Below are positions 54,026 to 63,689 of a DNA stretch of 64,000 bases, piece after piece. The DNA comes from an uncultured Acidobacteriota bacterium. Its GTDB lineage: Bacteria > Acidobacteriota > Thermoanaerobaculia > Multivoradales > UBA5704. The translations under genes and the position numbers were made by a program. The notes under the pieces are model-generated. The model did not search any database. It had not been told where the DNA came from and saw only the letters and a list, made by a program, of their open reading frames with translations. Position 1 is the first letter of the stretch; each line of letters begins with the position of its first letter. Location of the stretch: NCBI GenBank assembly GCA_963770895.1, contig CAVYRF010000002.1, forward strand, positions 3,264,001 to 3,328,000, read 5' to 3'.

Positions 54026-56479
54026 ATGAAGCGAGCCTGGTGGGAGGAAGGGTCAGGTAGTGTCCGCCACGCCGCCAGGAGGCTGCGGAAGAGCCCTGGC
54101 TTTACGGCGTCGGCCACCCTCACCCTCATGCTCTGCATCGGCGCAAACACGGCGCTTGTAACTGCCGTGGACTCGGTTGTCGTCCGGCCGTTGCCATTCC
54201 CCCAGGTCGATCGCCTAGCCGAGGTGGCCGTCGCAATCGGCGCCGGGGGCCACGAGGTTGAGGGTTCGCAGAGCAGCGGCCTGGCGTACCAGGTGCTCCA
54301 GGCGCACGCCTCGACGCTCCTGTGCGCGGCGATCTCGGACAGCGCGGCGGGCGTCAACGTCGTAGCCGGGGGCGTGCCCGAATTCGCACAGCGGCAACGC
54401 ATCTCGGCGGGGCTTTTCGCGGTCTTGGGAGTCCAACCGCTTTACGGACGCGAGTTCTCGGCTGCCGGAGAACAGGACGGCGCCGCCGCAGTGATTCTGA
54501 GCCACAGCATGTGGCGGCGCGACTTCGCCGGCGACCCCGCCGTGCTGGGCCGGTCGATCCAGGTGGGCGGCGCGCCGCACACGGTCGTCGGCGTCATGCC
54601 GCCCGGGTTGCAAAGCTGGCTTCCGGCCGATCTCTGGACGCCCCTGCGGCCAGACCGAGACGAGGGCAGCTACCAATTGGTGGCTCGCCTGCGCCCTGCG
54701 GTCCGCTGGCGGCGAGCGGAGGCGGAGGTGCAGAGCCTGGCCGGCGCCGCACTCGCAGACTTGCCACGGAGCGGCGGCCCCCTGAGCCTGCGATTGATCC
54801 CGCTGCAGGAGGGCCTCACCCAGGGGATTCGCTTGCCGCTTCTCGTCGTCGCGGCGGCTGGCGGGGTCGTGCTGCTGATCGGATGCCTCAATCTCGCTGG
54901 CCTGATGCTCGCTCGTCAGGGCCGGCGCAGGCGCGAGATCGCTACGCGTCTGGCGCTCGGGGGCGGGCGTGCCATAGTGGTCCGTGAGGTGATGAGCGAG
55001 AGTGCCCTGTTGGCGGTGGCCGGCGGCATCGCCGGCCTGGCCGCCGGCAGCCTGGGCCTGTGGTACCTGCGGCAGCTTGCCAGCAACAGCGCCTATGGCG
55101 TATTGGCGCGGCACCTGGTGGGCCTGGACGGGCGGACCCTGGCTGGGACAGGATGCCTTTCGCTTCTGACCGTAGTCCTTTTTGCGTGGGTCCCGGCCCT
55201 GCGCCTGAGCGCCACCGATCCTCGCCTGGCTTTGCACGCGGTGACCGGCGACACTGGTACTGCCAAGCGGTGGCCTCGGCAGCTGCTGATCGCCACCGAA
55301 GTTGCGCTTGCCGTCATGCTCGTGGTGGCGACGGGCTTGCTGATCCGCAGCATGGCGTACCAGCTGCGCCGGGTGGCGGGCTTCGACCCCACCCACCTCC
55401 TGGTTGTCCGAGCGTCGCTCGCCGATGCCCGTTACGAATCCGGTCCGCGCCGGAACCGGCTGTTCACCGCGAGCCTGGAGGGCATCCGTAGAGTGCCGGG
55501 CGTCCAAGCGGCAGCGGTGAGTCTGGGTCTGCCCTATGAACGCTCCATGCGCCTCGTCTTCTCCCGGCTCGGCGGGCCGGACCGCGCTGGCGATGGGGCG
55601 GGTCAGCGCATCACGGGTGTGGTCTACATCACACCAGACTATTTTTCGACGCTGCGGATTCCGCTGCTGCGCGGCCGCGCCTTCGACGCGCGCGACCGCG
55701 ATGGTGCTGCCACTGTGGCGATCGTGAACCATGCTTTTGCCAGCCGTTACTACCCCGACCAAACTGTGGTGGGCCGCCGGATCAAGATGGCCGGCGTTCG
55801 GCGCGAGATCGTGGGGGTGGTGGGCGACGTCCTGCAACGGCTCGACATCAACCCCTACGGCCCGCTGGTAACCGCGCCCACGGCGTACATCCCGGCAACC
55901 CAGCTGTCCGAGGGTTTGGCCAGGATTGTCCACATGGGGTTTTCGCCCGCCTGGGTGGTGCGCACGGCGGGGCCGTGGAAAGCCGCCGTGCAGGGCGTCG
56001 AGCGGGCGGTGGCGGCCGCCGATTCCGCGCTCCCTCTGCACAGTTTCCAGAGCATGGAGGGGGTACGGGCGAGCTCACTTGGCGCGCAGCGTTTCCAGAC
56101 CATCCTGCTCGCGTCCTTTGCCGGGCTCGCCCTGCTACTCACGGCGATCGGACTCTACGGCCTGATCGCCCAATCCGTGGTCGAGCGCACGCGGGAGCTG
56201 GGCATCCGTATGGCCCTGGGGGCGACGGTCGTGCGGGCCGTCCAGGCGGTGGCGCTGCCGGGAATCGGCCTGACGCTGGCGGGTGCCGCGGCGGGCCTGG
56301 CGGCGGCACGCGCCGCCTCGCAGCTGCTGATGCACATGCTCTTCGGCATCACAGGCGGCGATCCCCTGACCTACGCCGGCGCTGCCGTGCTGCTGGCCGG
56401 CGTCGGCATCTGCGCCACTGTCATCCCCGCCTTGCGTGTCGCAAAGCTCGATCCGGTGGCGCCGCTGCGCAGCGATTAG
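54026..56479 (+). CDS. ADOP-type duplicated ABC permease (MacB/FtsX-like)
   Basis: RRLRKSPGFT, IGANTA, LLIGCLNLAGL, REIATRLALG, RTRELGIRMALGA, LDPVAPLRSD. Confidence 0.9.
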   Translation: MKRAWWEEGSGSVRHAARRLRKSPGFTASATLTLMLCIGANTALVTAVDSVVVRPLPFPQVDRLAEVAVAIGAGGHEVEGSQSSGLAYQVLQAHASTLLCAAISDSAAGVNVVAGGVPEFAQRQRISAGLFAVLGVQPLYGREFSAAGEQDGAAAVILSHSMWRRDFAGDPAVLGRSIQVGGAPHTVVGVMPPGLQSWLPADLWTPLRPDRDEGSYQLVARLRPAVRWRRAEAEVQSLAGAALADLPRSGGPLSLRLIPLQEGLTQGIRLPLLVVAAAGGVVLLIGCLNLAGLMLARQGRRRREIATRLALGGGRAIVVREVMSESALLAVAGGIAGLAAGSLGLWYLRQLASNSAYGVLARHLVGLDGRTLAGTGCLSLLTVVLFAWVPALRLSATDPRLALHAVTGDTGTAKRWPRQLLIATEVALAVMLVVATGLLIRSMAYQLRRVAGFDPTHLLVVRASLADARYESGPRRNRLFTASLEGIRRVPGVQAAAVSLGLPYERSMRLVFSRLGGPDRAGDGAGQRITGVVYITPDYFSTLRIPLLRGRAFDARDRDGAATVAIVNHAFASRYYPDQTVVGRRIKMAGVRREIVGVVGDVLQRLDINPYGPLVTAPTAYIPATQLSEGLARIVHMGFSPAWVVRTAGPWKAAVQGVERAVAAADSALPLHSFQSMEGVRASSLGAQRFQTILLASFAGLALLLTAIGLYGLIAQSVVERTRELGIRMALGATVVRAVQAVALPGIGLTLAGAAAGLAAARAASQLLMHMLFGITGGDPLTYAGAAVLLAGVGICATVIPALRVAKLDPVAPLRSD

Positions 56480-57669
56480 GGCGCGAGCAGGAGCAGGCGG
56501 TCCCATTCCGGGCGGATCGGCGAGCTGGCCGCCAACAGGGCGAGGCCGATGCCTGCCGCACCACCCAGGAAGCCAGGCTGCGAGGCCCATCCGAACGTGC
56601 CATCGGCGCCCCTGGCGCGGCACAAGAAGCCGCCGATCCCCGAACCGGGCCGCCGCTGCGCAAGGGTCCGCCGCAGCCAGTGACGGGCCGCGTTCAGCTG
56701 GCCCGGGTCGCCGGTGGCCAGGTGCATTCGGTGGAAGAGGTGGGACAACCCCGCGGTGCCGTGGCACAAGGCAGGATCGAAGCCGTGCACCACATCGAGA
56801 TAGCGCCCTGCCGCGACCTGGGCAAGGTGCAGTGCCTGCTGCTGCCACGCTGGCCGGGAGCAGGCGCGGCCGGCGCCGAGCAGCGCCACCGAGAGGCCGC
56901 ACGTACCGGCACACCAGGCCAGGTCGCCGTCGGCGCTCTCCCGCTCCAGGACCTCCGACCCGAGGACGCCGTCGACCGCCGCCGAAAGGATCGGCACAGC
57001 GTCGGGGCCGGCGGCACCCAGGATGACGGCCCTGGCGAGCAAGGCGATCACGCCCCCAATCCCATGTGCCATCCCAAGATCCGGCCCAGCAGCGCCGTGT
57101 CGCGGGCCGCGGCCGAGGACGACCCATGCACGCCGCCCGGCACACTCGGCGAGCCGCGCCAGGACCAGCGCAAAGATCGCGGTGGCCGATGGCCGGGGCA
57201 ACCGTTCCAGGGCATAGACGCCCCACCCGACGAGGCCCTGGAGCAGGTCGAAGTCGCCGCGCCACGGCTGCCGCGAAAGGAGCGCGACGAGAGCCTGATC
57301 GACGTCGGAGTTGGGGTCGTCGTCTTCGCTCGGACATTGGCCGCCATCCAGGTGTTCGACCACCCACGCGACGCCGGTAAAGCCGTGATAGAGACTGGCT
57401 TCCGCGCTCGGCAGCGAGGCCAGGCCCGCGATCGCCCGGTCGAGCCAGAGCTCGGCCGGCGGCTCCGCCAGGGTGCCGCCCAGCGCTCGCTCGAGGTATG
57501 CCCAGAACAGGGCGATGCCGGCCATGCCACCGGCCAGCGCGGGTCCCTGCACTCCCTCCAGGTCGGCACGCGAGAGATCGCTGGCGATGGCTTGCACCGC
57601 GGCGAGAGCCTCCTCGGCTTCTGCCCCCGCAACCAGCGGCGTCCAGGCGCACGGAGCGAGCGCGCTCAT
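56476..57669 (-). CDS. LanC-like lanthionine cyclase 2 (~397 aa)
   Basis: DLLQGLVG, GMAHG, WCAG, LCHG, GFLGGAAG. Start overlaps the stop of cyclase 1. Confidence 0.88.
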   Translation of the reverse strand: MSALAPCAWTPLVAGAEAEEALAAVQAIASDLSRADLEGVQGPALAGGMAGIALFWAYLERALGGTLAEPPAELWLDRAIAGLASLPSAEASLYHGFTGVAWVVEHLDGGQCPSEDDDPNSDVDQALVALLSRQPWRGDFDLLQGLVGWGVYALERLPRPSATAIFALVLARLAECAGRRAWVVLGRGPRHGAAGPDLGMAHGIGGVIALLARAVILGAAGPDAVPILSAAVDGVLGSEVLERESADGDLAWCAGTCGLSVALLGAGRACSRPAWQQQALHLAQVAAGRYLDVVHGFDPALCHGTAGLSHLFHRMHLATGDPGQLNAARHWLRRTLAQRRPGSGIGGFLCRARGADGTFGWASQPGFLGGAAGIGLALLAASSPIRPEWDRLLLLAP

Positions 57670-59006
57670 CAGGCGGGCGCCGCAGCGGATCGCCTGGACG
57701 GCGGGAGAGGTGATAACAGCAGGAGGCGGTCCCAGGCCGGCTCGACAGCGCTCGTGGCGGCGAGCAAGGCCATGGCCATGCCGGCCGAACCGATGAGGAA
57801 TCCCGGCGCTTCCTGCCAGGAAAGCTCCTGGTCGTAGTCGTCGCCGGCGACGGTGAAGGCGAGGAAGCCGCCGATCCCACTGCCGGGCTGCCAGTAGTCG
57901 AGCGCGCGGTGGAACCACGCGCACGCCGCGGCCCGCAGCTCGGGCTCGCCGGTCGCCTGGTAGAGACGGTTGAGCAGGTGCCCAAGGCCCGTCGCCCCAT
58001 GACAAAGGCCGGCATCGTCCACGCGGCAATGCTCGACGGGGCGGCGCGCCACGGAGTGTGCCAGCGCCAGAGCTTCGCGCTCCCAGCCGGGCTCCTCCGC
58101 CGCGCGGCCGGCGGCGAGCAGCGCGAGGGCGATGCCCGGATCGCCGTAGCACCATGCGGCTCGCGCCGGATGCATCTTGAGGCCCGTCCCGACGCTGTAC
58201 GGAAACACGGAGCGGCTGCCCGGCGCCATCTTCTGTGCGAGCAGCCAGGTCACGGCGTCGGTGAGCAGCGACCTTGTCTTAGACGTTGCCACTCCCGAGG
58301 CACAGATCCGCGCCAGCACGGCGATCACGCCTGGAGTGCCGTGGGCGACGCCAAGGTAGTCGACGCCTTGCGGATAGTGAGGGCGGTTCGGCGGCGGCAG
58401 GAGGTCGCAGGGGGTGTGCCAGGCCCGCCCCCCTGGACGCACCTGCGAGATCTCCTGCAGGTGTTCGACGATCTGCTCGATACAATCGACCGCCGCGCCT
58501 CGTGGCAGGCGATCGAGCGCATAGACCGCGTAGCCGACCAGGCCTGCGACTAGATCGAAGTGCTGATCCCAGGGTGTCCGCCGCAGGTGCGCAAGGAGGG
58601 CGGCGTCGATGTCGGCGTTGGGGTCCGCTGTGTCGGCCTCGTCGGCCCCACCGGTCGCCGGGACCGGCACTGCGTCGGCCTGCTCCCAGCGATCATAGAG
58701 GTGGTCGGAGGTCCACGCCACGCCGGTAAATCCCGCATACAGGCTGGGGGTCAGATACGACGTGGCCATCGCGTCGATGGCCCCCTCCAGCCAGCGGCAA
58801 GCCTGTTCGCGGAAACCACAGCCAGGGCTCGCCTGATCGAGATAGTCGAAAAACAGCGCCACGCCGGCGTCGCCCGCGGCAAGCGGCGATCGATTGTGCG
58901 CCGGCGACAGAGGTCCATCCCCCAGAGCAGCGGCGACCGCGGCGATCGCAGCAGCGGCCTTTGCGGCGTCCTCGCCTTCGAGGATCGGTTGCCACGAATA
59001 CCCCAT
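57669..59006 (-). CDS. lanC: LanC-like lanthionine cyclase 1 (~445 aa)
   Basis: DLVAGLVG, GVAHG, WCYG, LCHG, GFLIGSAG, WDRLLLLS. Confidence 0.92.
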   Translation of the reverse strand: MGYSWQPILEGEDAAKAAAAIAAVAAALGDGPLSPAHNRSPLAAGDAGVALFFDYLDQASPGCGFREQACRWLEGAIDAMATSYLTPSLYAGFTGVAWTSDHLYDRWEQADAVPVPATGGADEADTADPNADIDAALLAHLRRTPWDQHFDLVAGLVGYAVYALDRLPRGAAVDCIEQIVEHLQEISQVRPGGRAWHTPCDLLPPPNRPHYPQGVDYLGVAHGTPGVIAVLARICASGVATSKTRSLLTDAVTWLLAQKMAPGSRSVFPYSVGTGLKMHPARAAWCYGDPGIALALLAAGRAAEEPGWEREALALAHSVARRPVEHCRVDDAGLCHGATGLGHLLNRLYQATGEPELRAAACAWFHRALDYWQPGSGIGGFLAFTVAGDDYDQELSWQEAPGFLIGSAGMAMALLAATSAVEPAWDRLLLLSPLPPSRRSAAAPA

Positions 59007-59046
59007 CCGAACCCGGCAATCCTGGCGCCGCGTCAGCGGGTCGCGG

Positions 59047-59265
59047 CTAGCACGAAACCCCACATGCGGTACAGCCCCTGGTGCAGCCAGAGCAAACATT
59101 CGTGCACGCTGTGCAAGCCACCGTGCAGTCCGTGCAGGCGTTCGTGCAGTTGGAGGCGACTCCCGAGATGCCGCCCCCGGTCCCTCCAGCGGCACCCATC
59201 AAGTCGGCCACGCCCAGGACCATCAACGTCTCATGGTTGAGGACGAGCTTCTTGCGCTTGCGCAT
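59047..59265 (-). CDS. lanthipeptide-like precursor, 72 aa
   Basis: AGGGAG RBS, leader MRKRKKLVLNHETLMVL...AAGG, core with 10 Cys and many Thr/Ser. Lies 40 bp upstream of lanC. Confidence 0.88.
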   Translation of the reverse strand: MRKRKKLVLNHETLMVLGVADLMGAAGGTGGGISGVASNCTNACTDCTVACTACTNVCSGCTRGCTACGVSC

Positions 59266-59621
59266 GGCGATCTCCCTTTGGTTGCCATCTTTTGAATGCG
59301 TCGGGCTTCTTGGTGCCGCCCGCGAGTACCCCCATCTGGTAACTTTGTTGCCAATGACCACACTTCAGAGACATCGATTTTTTTCGGCCTACAAACATCG
59401 GCCCCTTAATTTAACCGCCATGAAGCCTCTGCTGCTGCTCCGCCGTGCGGCCGTCCGTGTAGACTCGAGGAGAGCCTCGGGAACGCTCACAGTCACACGC
59501 CCGACCGGCCCGTTGGATGCGGCCTGTTCAGAGAGAGGTTTTCTTGCCGGAGGAGGATCGGCTGGAGGGCCGTCCTCGGCCGCGCCCAAGATCCGGTCGA
59601 GCATGGAGGACGGCGCCTGTC

Positions 59622-59942
59622 TTAGGCCGAGATGGCGGCATTGCGGATCTCCTGACGATCGATCTCCACTGCAAGGGCGTGGTAGTCCCTGGCGCCGGAG
59701 CTGGTGGGTGAGTAGATATTGATCGGTGCGGTTGCGCCCCATGCCTCGCGAAGGCGTACGGACTCACGGATGACGGTGTCGAGAGCGGCCAAAGGGAACC
59801 GCCGATGCAAGCTGGCTACGACATCCCGCGCCAGGATGGTGCGAGCATCGACCCGGCAGGCGAAAATACCGCAGAGCTTGAGGTCAGGGTGGAGGAGCTT
59901 CTGCACGCGATTGATCGTCAGGAGCAGATTGGCAAGACCCGC
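59622..59942 (-). pseudogene. ParA/Soj C-terminal fragment
   Basis: GLANLLLTI...RVDART...TVIRESVRLREA...GARDYHALA. The 5' part is replaced by an IS remnant. Confidence 0.75.
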
Positions 59943-59943
59943 G

Positions 59944-60400
59944 GCCGATATCACCTACATCCCGACCTGGATGGGATTCTTGTACTTGGCGGTCGTGCTT
60001 GATGCCTGGAGCCGGCGGATCGTGGGTTGGTCGATGGCGACGCACCTGCGAACGGAGTTGGTGCTTGAGGCGCTGGCGATGGCGGTGGGTCAGCGGCACC
60101 CGAAGGGCGTGATCCACCATTCGGACCAGGGGACGCAGTACACGTCGATCGCGTTTGGTCAGCGGTGTCGGGAAATGGGGTACGGCCGTCGATGGGATCG
60201 GTCGGCGACTGCTTCGACAACGCGATGTGCGAGAGCTTCTTTGCGACCCTGGAATGTGAGCTCTTGGATCGTCGCAAATTCAAGACGCAGATCGAGGCGC
60301 GGCTGGCGGTCTTTGAGTTCCTGGAAGGTTGGTACAACTCGCGCCGCCGGCATTCGGCGCTCGGCTATCTGAGCCCCGTTGAATGCGAGCGGCAAGCGGA
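59944..60400 (+). pseudogene. IS3-family transposase fragment (frameshift at ~60177)
   Basis: ADITYIPT...LDAWSRRIVGW...HSDQGTQY, then GDCFDNAMCESFF...YNSRRRHSALGY. Confidence 0.85.
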
Positions 60401-60578
60401 AGGACAACCGCTGCGGAAAACGCCCCCTCTTCCTCCGGACCCCCATCACCCCGGCCGGCGGTCCGCCGGGCTATGGAAGGCTGCCGCCCCCGCCCCACCT
60501 CCCGGCACCCTCCCACAGCCCTTGGAAAACGCTCCGCGTTTTCCACAGCCCGCAACAGGGACCAGGCGCCGCGGAACC

Positions 60579-60842
60579 CTACTCGCCGCTGCAGTCGAAG
60601 AACATGTCCACCTCGTACTGCGTCATCTCGCCGGTGCAGGTCCAGAGCTCGCAGCAGTTGTGGTGGCACAACCCCACCTGGGTCGTGTAGGTGGCGTCGC
60701 TGAAGTACCGGGCAAAGGCGCCGGGGACGCAGCTGGCGGATGCGAACCGTTGGTGCGGTCCGATCAGCGCGACGGCGACCATGACGGCCATGATCAGCAG
60801 CAGGCTCAGGCGATGGCGAACGGGGTTTTTTGATGCGGTCAT
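60579..60842 (-). CDS. small secreted Cys-rich protein (DUF6289-like), 87 aa
   Basis: GAGG RBS, signal peptide, YFSDATYTTQVG...C motif, 6 Cys. Confidence 0.65.
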   Translation of the reverse strand: MTASKNPVRHRLSLLLIMAVMVAVALIGPHQRFASASCVPGAFARYFSDATYTTQVGLCHHNCCELWTCTGEMTQYEVDMFFDCSGE

Positions 60843-61065
60843 GTTCCTCTCCTCTCCAAGGTACAGCCGGGCTGTATGCAGCCTGGCTGATTTACGCAAC
60901 GTGGAATACGCGAACTTCCGGTCGAGCTTATATGTGCTCGACCGGGCGAAGGCAATACCGCCCCGGGGCTGGCAGCCCTGCATTCACACTTTTGATCCCG
61001 CGGCCGGCGCTTGCGCAGCTCAGGTGCAGGGCCTCACGCCGTTTTGGGCCTTCGGTTGCCCCGAC

Positions 61066-61170
61066 TGCGGATTCCGGCGAAGGCGACCACCCATTCCGAC
61101 GGAAGGCGACCACCCATCGGAGCGAGGCGGTGAGCGGAGGCTCATGGTTGGTTGAGGTGGTCGGCTTGGG
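61066..61170 (+). mobile_element. second orphan IS21-family-like end
   Basis: TGCGGATTCCGGCG, GAAGGCGACCACCCAT twice, TCGGAGCGA. Same layout as the end at 37080. Confidence 0.6.
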
Positions 61171-61339
61171 ACGGGCCGGGCTGTCGGGCGGCGGCCGGCC
61201 GCTGTCGAGGCCTCGCCAGACGCCATAGGCGGGGGGGCGCTGAGGCTCGCGGGGGGGTGGGGGGCACCCACGCAACGCCGAGCTGGATCGCGGTGATCTG
61301 AAAGCCGTCCTCCGAGCCCTGCATATCCACGCAGCGAGG

Positions 61340-61649
61340 GAGCCCGAAGCTGCCCGCTGCATCGGCTACGTCTTCCGCAACCGACAGCGGATGCACTACC
61401 CCGACTTCCATCGCCAAGGACTCTGCACATCTACTGGCGTCCTGGAGGCCGGCTGCAAGGTCGTCGCGGCCACCCGACTCAAGCGCGCAGGCATGCACTG
61501 GACCCTACGCGGTGCCAATGCCATCCTGGCCCTGCGCTGCGCCAAGCTCAACTACCGCCTCGACGATTTCTGGCAACAACGGGCAGCTTATTGTAAGGGG
61601 GCGCCGGCGCATCGAGCTCACCCGATCTCACAAATTTGTCGTGCATCCC
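61340..61649 (+). pseudogene. ISKra4-family transposase 3' fragment with right end
   Basis: NRQRMHYPDF...STGVLEAGCK...RLKRAGMHW...AILALR, ending ACAAATTTGTCGTGCATCCC. Confidence 0.75.
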
Positions 61650-61731
61650 CGCTGGGGGACTGGTTGTTTCAAATACAGGAAAATGCGTGTATCATGCAGC
61701 TTGTTTCTAACGCATAAATGTGGAGAGAGCC

Positions 61732-62061
61732 ATGGCACAGAAAGGCAAGATGATCCACAAGGCGGCATTCCTGGTCCTGTTGGTCGGTGCGCTAGCGATG
61801 TTCGGAATGACAGGAGAGCCCGCTGCTCTGCTGGCGGCCACGCCGTCCACTCCGGCCGTCGCCGCGCCCGCGGCGCAATCGCCGGCCGGCTCGCTCCTCC
61901 AAGGGGCGCCGAAAGGCTCTGGCAACAACCTGCTCCCACCGACCCCTCAACCCCTGTGTCGCGCAGGCGCGTGCTTCGGCGACGGCACGCCCTGTGGGGA
62001 TTACGGCCAGGGCGTTTGCTCGCAACCCCCGGGGCAGGGGTGCGGTATCTGCGTCTTCTGA
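61732..62061 (+). CDS. small secreted protein with a C-terminal 6-Cys domain
   Basis: GGAG RBS, signal peptide, Ala/Pro pro-region, CRAGACFGDGTPCGDYGQGVCSQPPGQGCGICVF. Confidence 0.65.
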   Translation: MAQKGKMIHKAAFLVLLVGALAMFGMTGEPAALLAATPSTPAVAAPAAQSPAGSLLQGAPKGSGNNLLPPTPQPLCRAGACFGDGTPCGDYGQGVCSQPPGQGCGICVF

Positions 62062-62236
62062 TTCCCGCCCCTCTTCTGGAGCGGGCGTTGTCATGGTCGG
62101 CGTGCGCCAGGGATGGGAACACGGGCGTCGCAGAAGTCTTCGAGCTCGGCGCCGTGGGCTTAGCGCGCCCTCTCGCCGGTAGCCGCACCGAGAAGGAGGA
62201 TAGTGGTCCTCCTCGGATCAAAGGCCTAGAGCACGC

Positions 62237-62371
62237 GCCGAGTCGCGGCGTCAGCTCCGCCTCGAGAAGGTCGACCGCCAGCATCGCGCCCGCGGGGAGG
62301 CGCTGAATGAGCTCGCCGCGTAGGGCTACCAGATCGAGCGCGTCTTCGCGGCTGAGCACGCCGGCGATGCA
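62237..62371 (-). pseudogene. type I PKS acyltransferase-domain fragment
   Basis: CIAGVLSREDALDLVALRGELIQRLPAGAMLAVDL matches the conserved AT segment. Confidence 0.7.
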
Positions 62372-62405
62372 GGTTCGAGGCGAGCCGAGGAGCGGTTTCC
62401 AGCTC

Positions 62406-63689
62406 TCACTCTCCAGCGGAGACCACGCCAGCCACTAGCTCGGGAGACGACGCTGCCTCTTCCGAGGAGATGCGTGTCAACTCTTCCGCCCAAGTGGCCA
62501 AGGCTTGCCTCTTCTCCTTGTCGAACCGATAGCGGTTATAGATGCTGGTCACGCCTCGAGGCTTGTGGTTCAAGATCTCAGGCACCAAGTCGCTGAAGCC
62601 GAGGCGCGCGATATGGGTGGCACAGGTCCGGCGCAGATCGTGGGGAGTAAAGTTAATGCCCGTAGCTTGCCGGACCTCTAGCAACGGCTTGCGGATCGAG
62701 GCGAGCGGCCGGCCAGGCGACCCGGAGAAGACGTAGGGCGAGCCATCTTTGCGCAGCCGCCGCTCGGCGATGACCGCTCTCGCAGGCTCCGAGAGATAGA
62801 CGCGCGACGCGACTCCGTTCTTCGAATGCGCAGCGCGCAGGTTGTACCACTCGTCGCCATCGAAGTCAGCCCAAGCCATGTGCATGGCCTCGCCCGGCCG
62901 CATGCCGGTCAACAGAATGAGCTTGGCAACCTGATAAGCGGCGTCGCCACCGTCGCCGTGGAGCTTCTGCAGGAGGGTCCGCAGCTCCCGCTCGTTCAGA
63001 TAGCGGTCCTTCGGCGTCTCCTTATTTTTCGAGATGCCCACGACGGGGTTGAAGCTCACTAGGTCCCGTTGCAGGCCGAAGTTGAACATCTTCGACAGCA
63101 GCGCCTGTAGGCGGTTCGCGGCAACCGGACCGGCGGTTACGCGGGCTTCATCGAGATAGGCGATGACCGTGCGGCGGTCAATCTCGGCAAGCGGCACGTC
63201 GCTCCATCGTGGCAGGAGCTTGTAGCGCATCGCCCGCTCGTCGGGCACAGGGTCCTTCTTCCGAATCCAGGCATGGTGCTGTAAGTACTCGGCGACGAGC
63301 TGGCCAAAGCTCGCCGGCAGGAAGCCGTCCGGCAGGAACGCCACGAGGCGACCCGCAACAGCGGTCCTGTCCGAGGCCTGGGGGCGCTCGGTCGCCGGCC
63401 CCGGGTCCACCCCCTTTGCCAGATCACCGAGAGCCGCTCGGGCTCGCTGGCGGGCCCTTGCAAGACTGATTGCCGGTGCTTCGAGCCCATAGTGACCGAG
63501 ATCCAGCCGCCGAACCTTCCGGTCCCTGGCCTTACCGGCGCTCGGTGTGCGGTACATCAGGAAGAAGCTCTTCTTGCCAGTCCGGCCCCAAACCCGAACC
63601 CCGAACCCCGCGATTCCGCCCTCGCCGTCAAAGACGTCCTCTCGCTCCTGCTGCGTCCTCAGTGCTCGCACCTGCTTATCGGTCAGCAT
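62406..63689 (-). CDS. P4-like tyrosine integrase
   Basis: Arm-binding N-terminus (MLTDKQVRAL...GFGVRV...KSFFLMYR), TGMRPGE, SKNG, HDLRRT, LNH, YNRY. GGAGG RBS. Confidence 0.95.
   Translation of the reverse strand: MLTDKQVRALRTQQEREDVFDGEGGIAGFGVRVWGRTGKKSFFLMYRTPSAGKARDRKVRRLDLGHYGLEAPAISLARARQRARAALGDLAKGVDPGPATERPQASDRTAVAGRLVAFLPDGFLPASFGQLVAEYLQHHAWIRKKDPVPDERAMRYKLLPRWSDVPLAEIDRRTVIAYLDEARVTAGPVAANRLQALLSKMFNFGLQRDLVSFNPVVGISKNKETPKDRYLNERELRTLLQKLHGDGGDAAYQVAKLILLTGMRPGEAMHMAWADFDGDEWYNLRAAHSKNGVASRVYLSEPARAVIAERRLRKDGSPYVFSGSPGRPLASIRKPLLEVRQATGINFTPHDLRRTCATHIARLGFSDLVPEILNHKPRGVTSIYNRYRFDKEKRQALATWAEELTRISSEEAASSPELVAGVVSAGE

Noticed and set aside
59047-59265. Precursor as a ranthipeptide/sactipeptide or plain metallothionein
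   Set aside because: No radical SAM gene is present, while the leader motif and adjacent LanC genes favour a lanthipeptide-type substrate.
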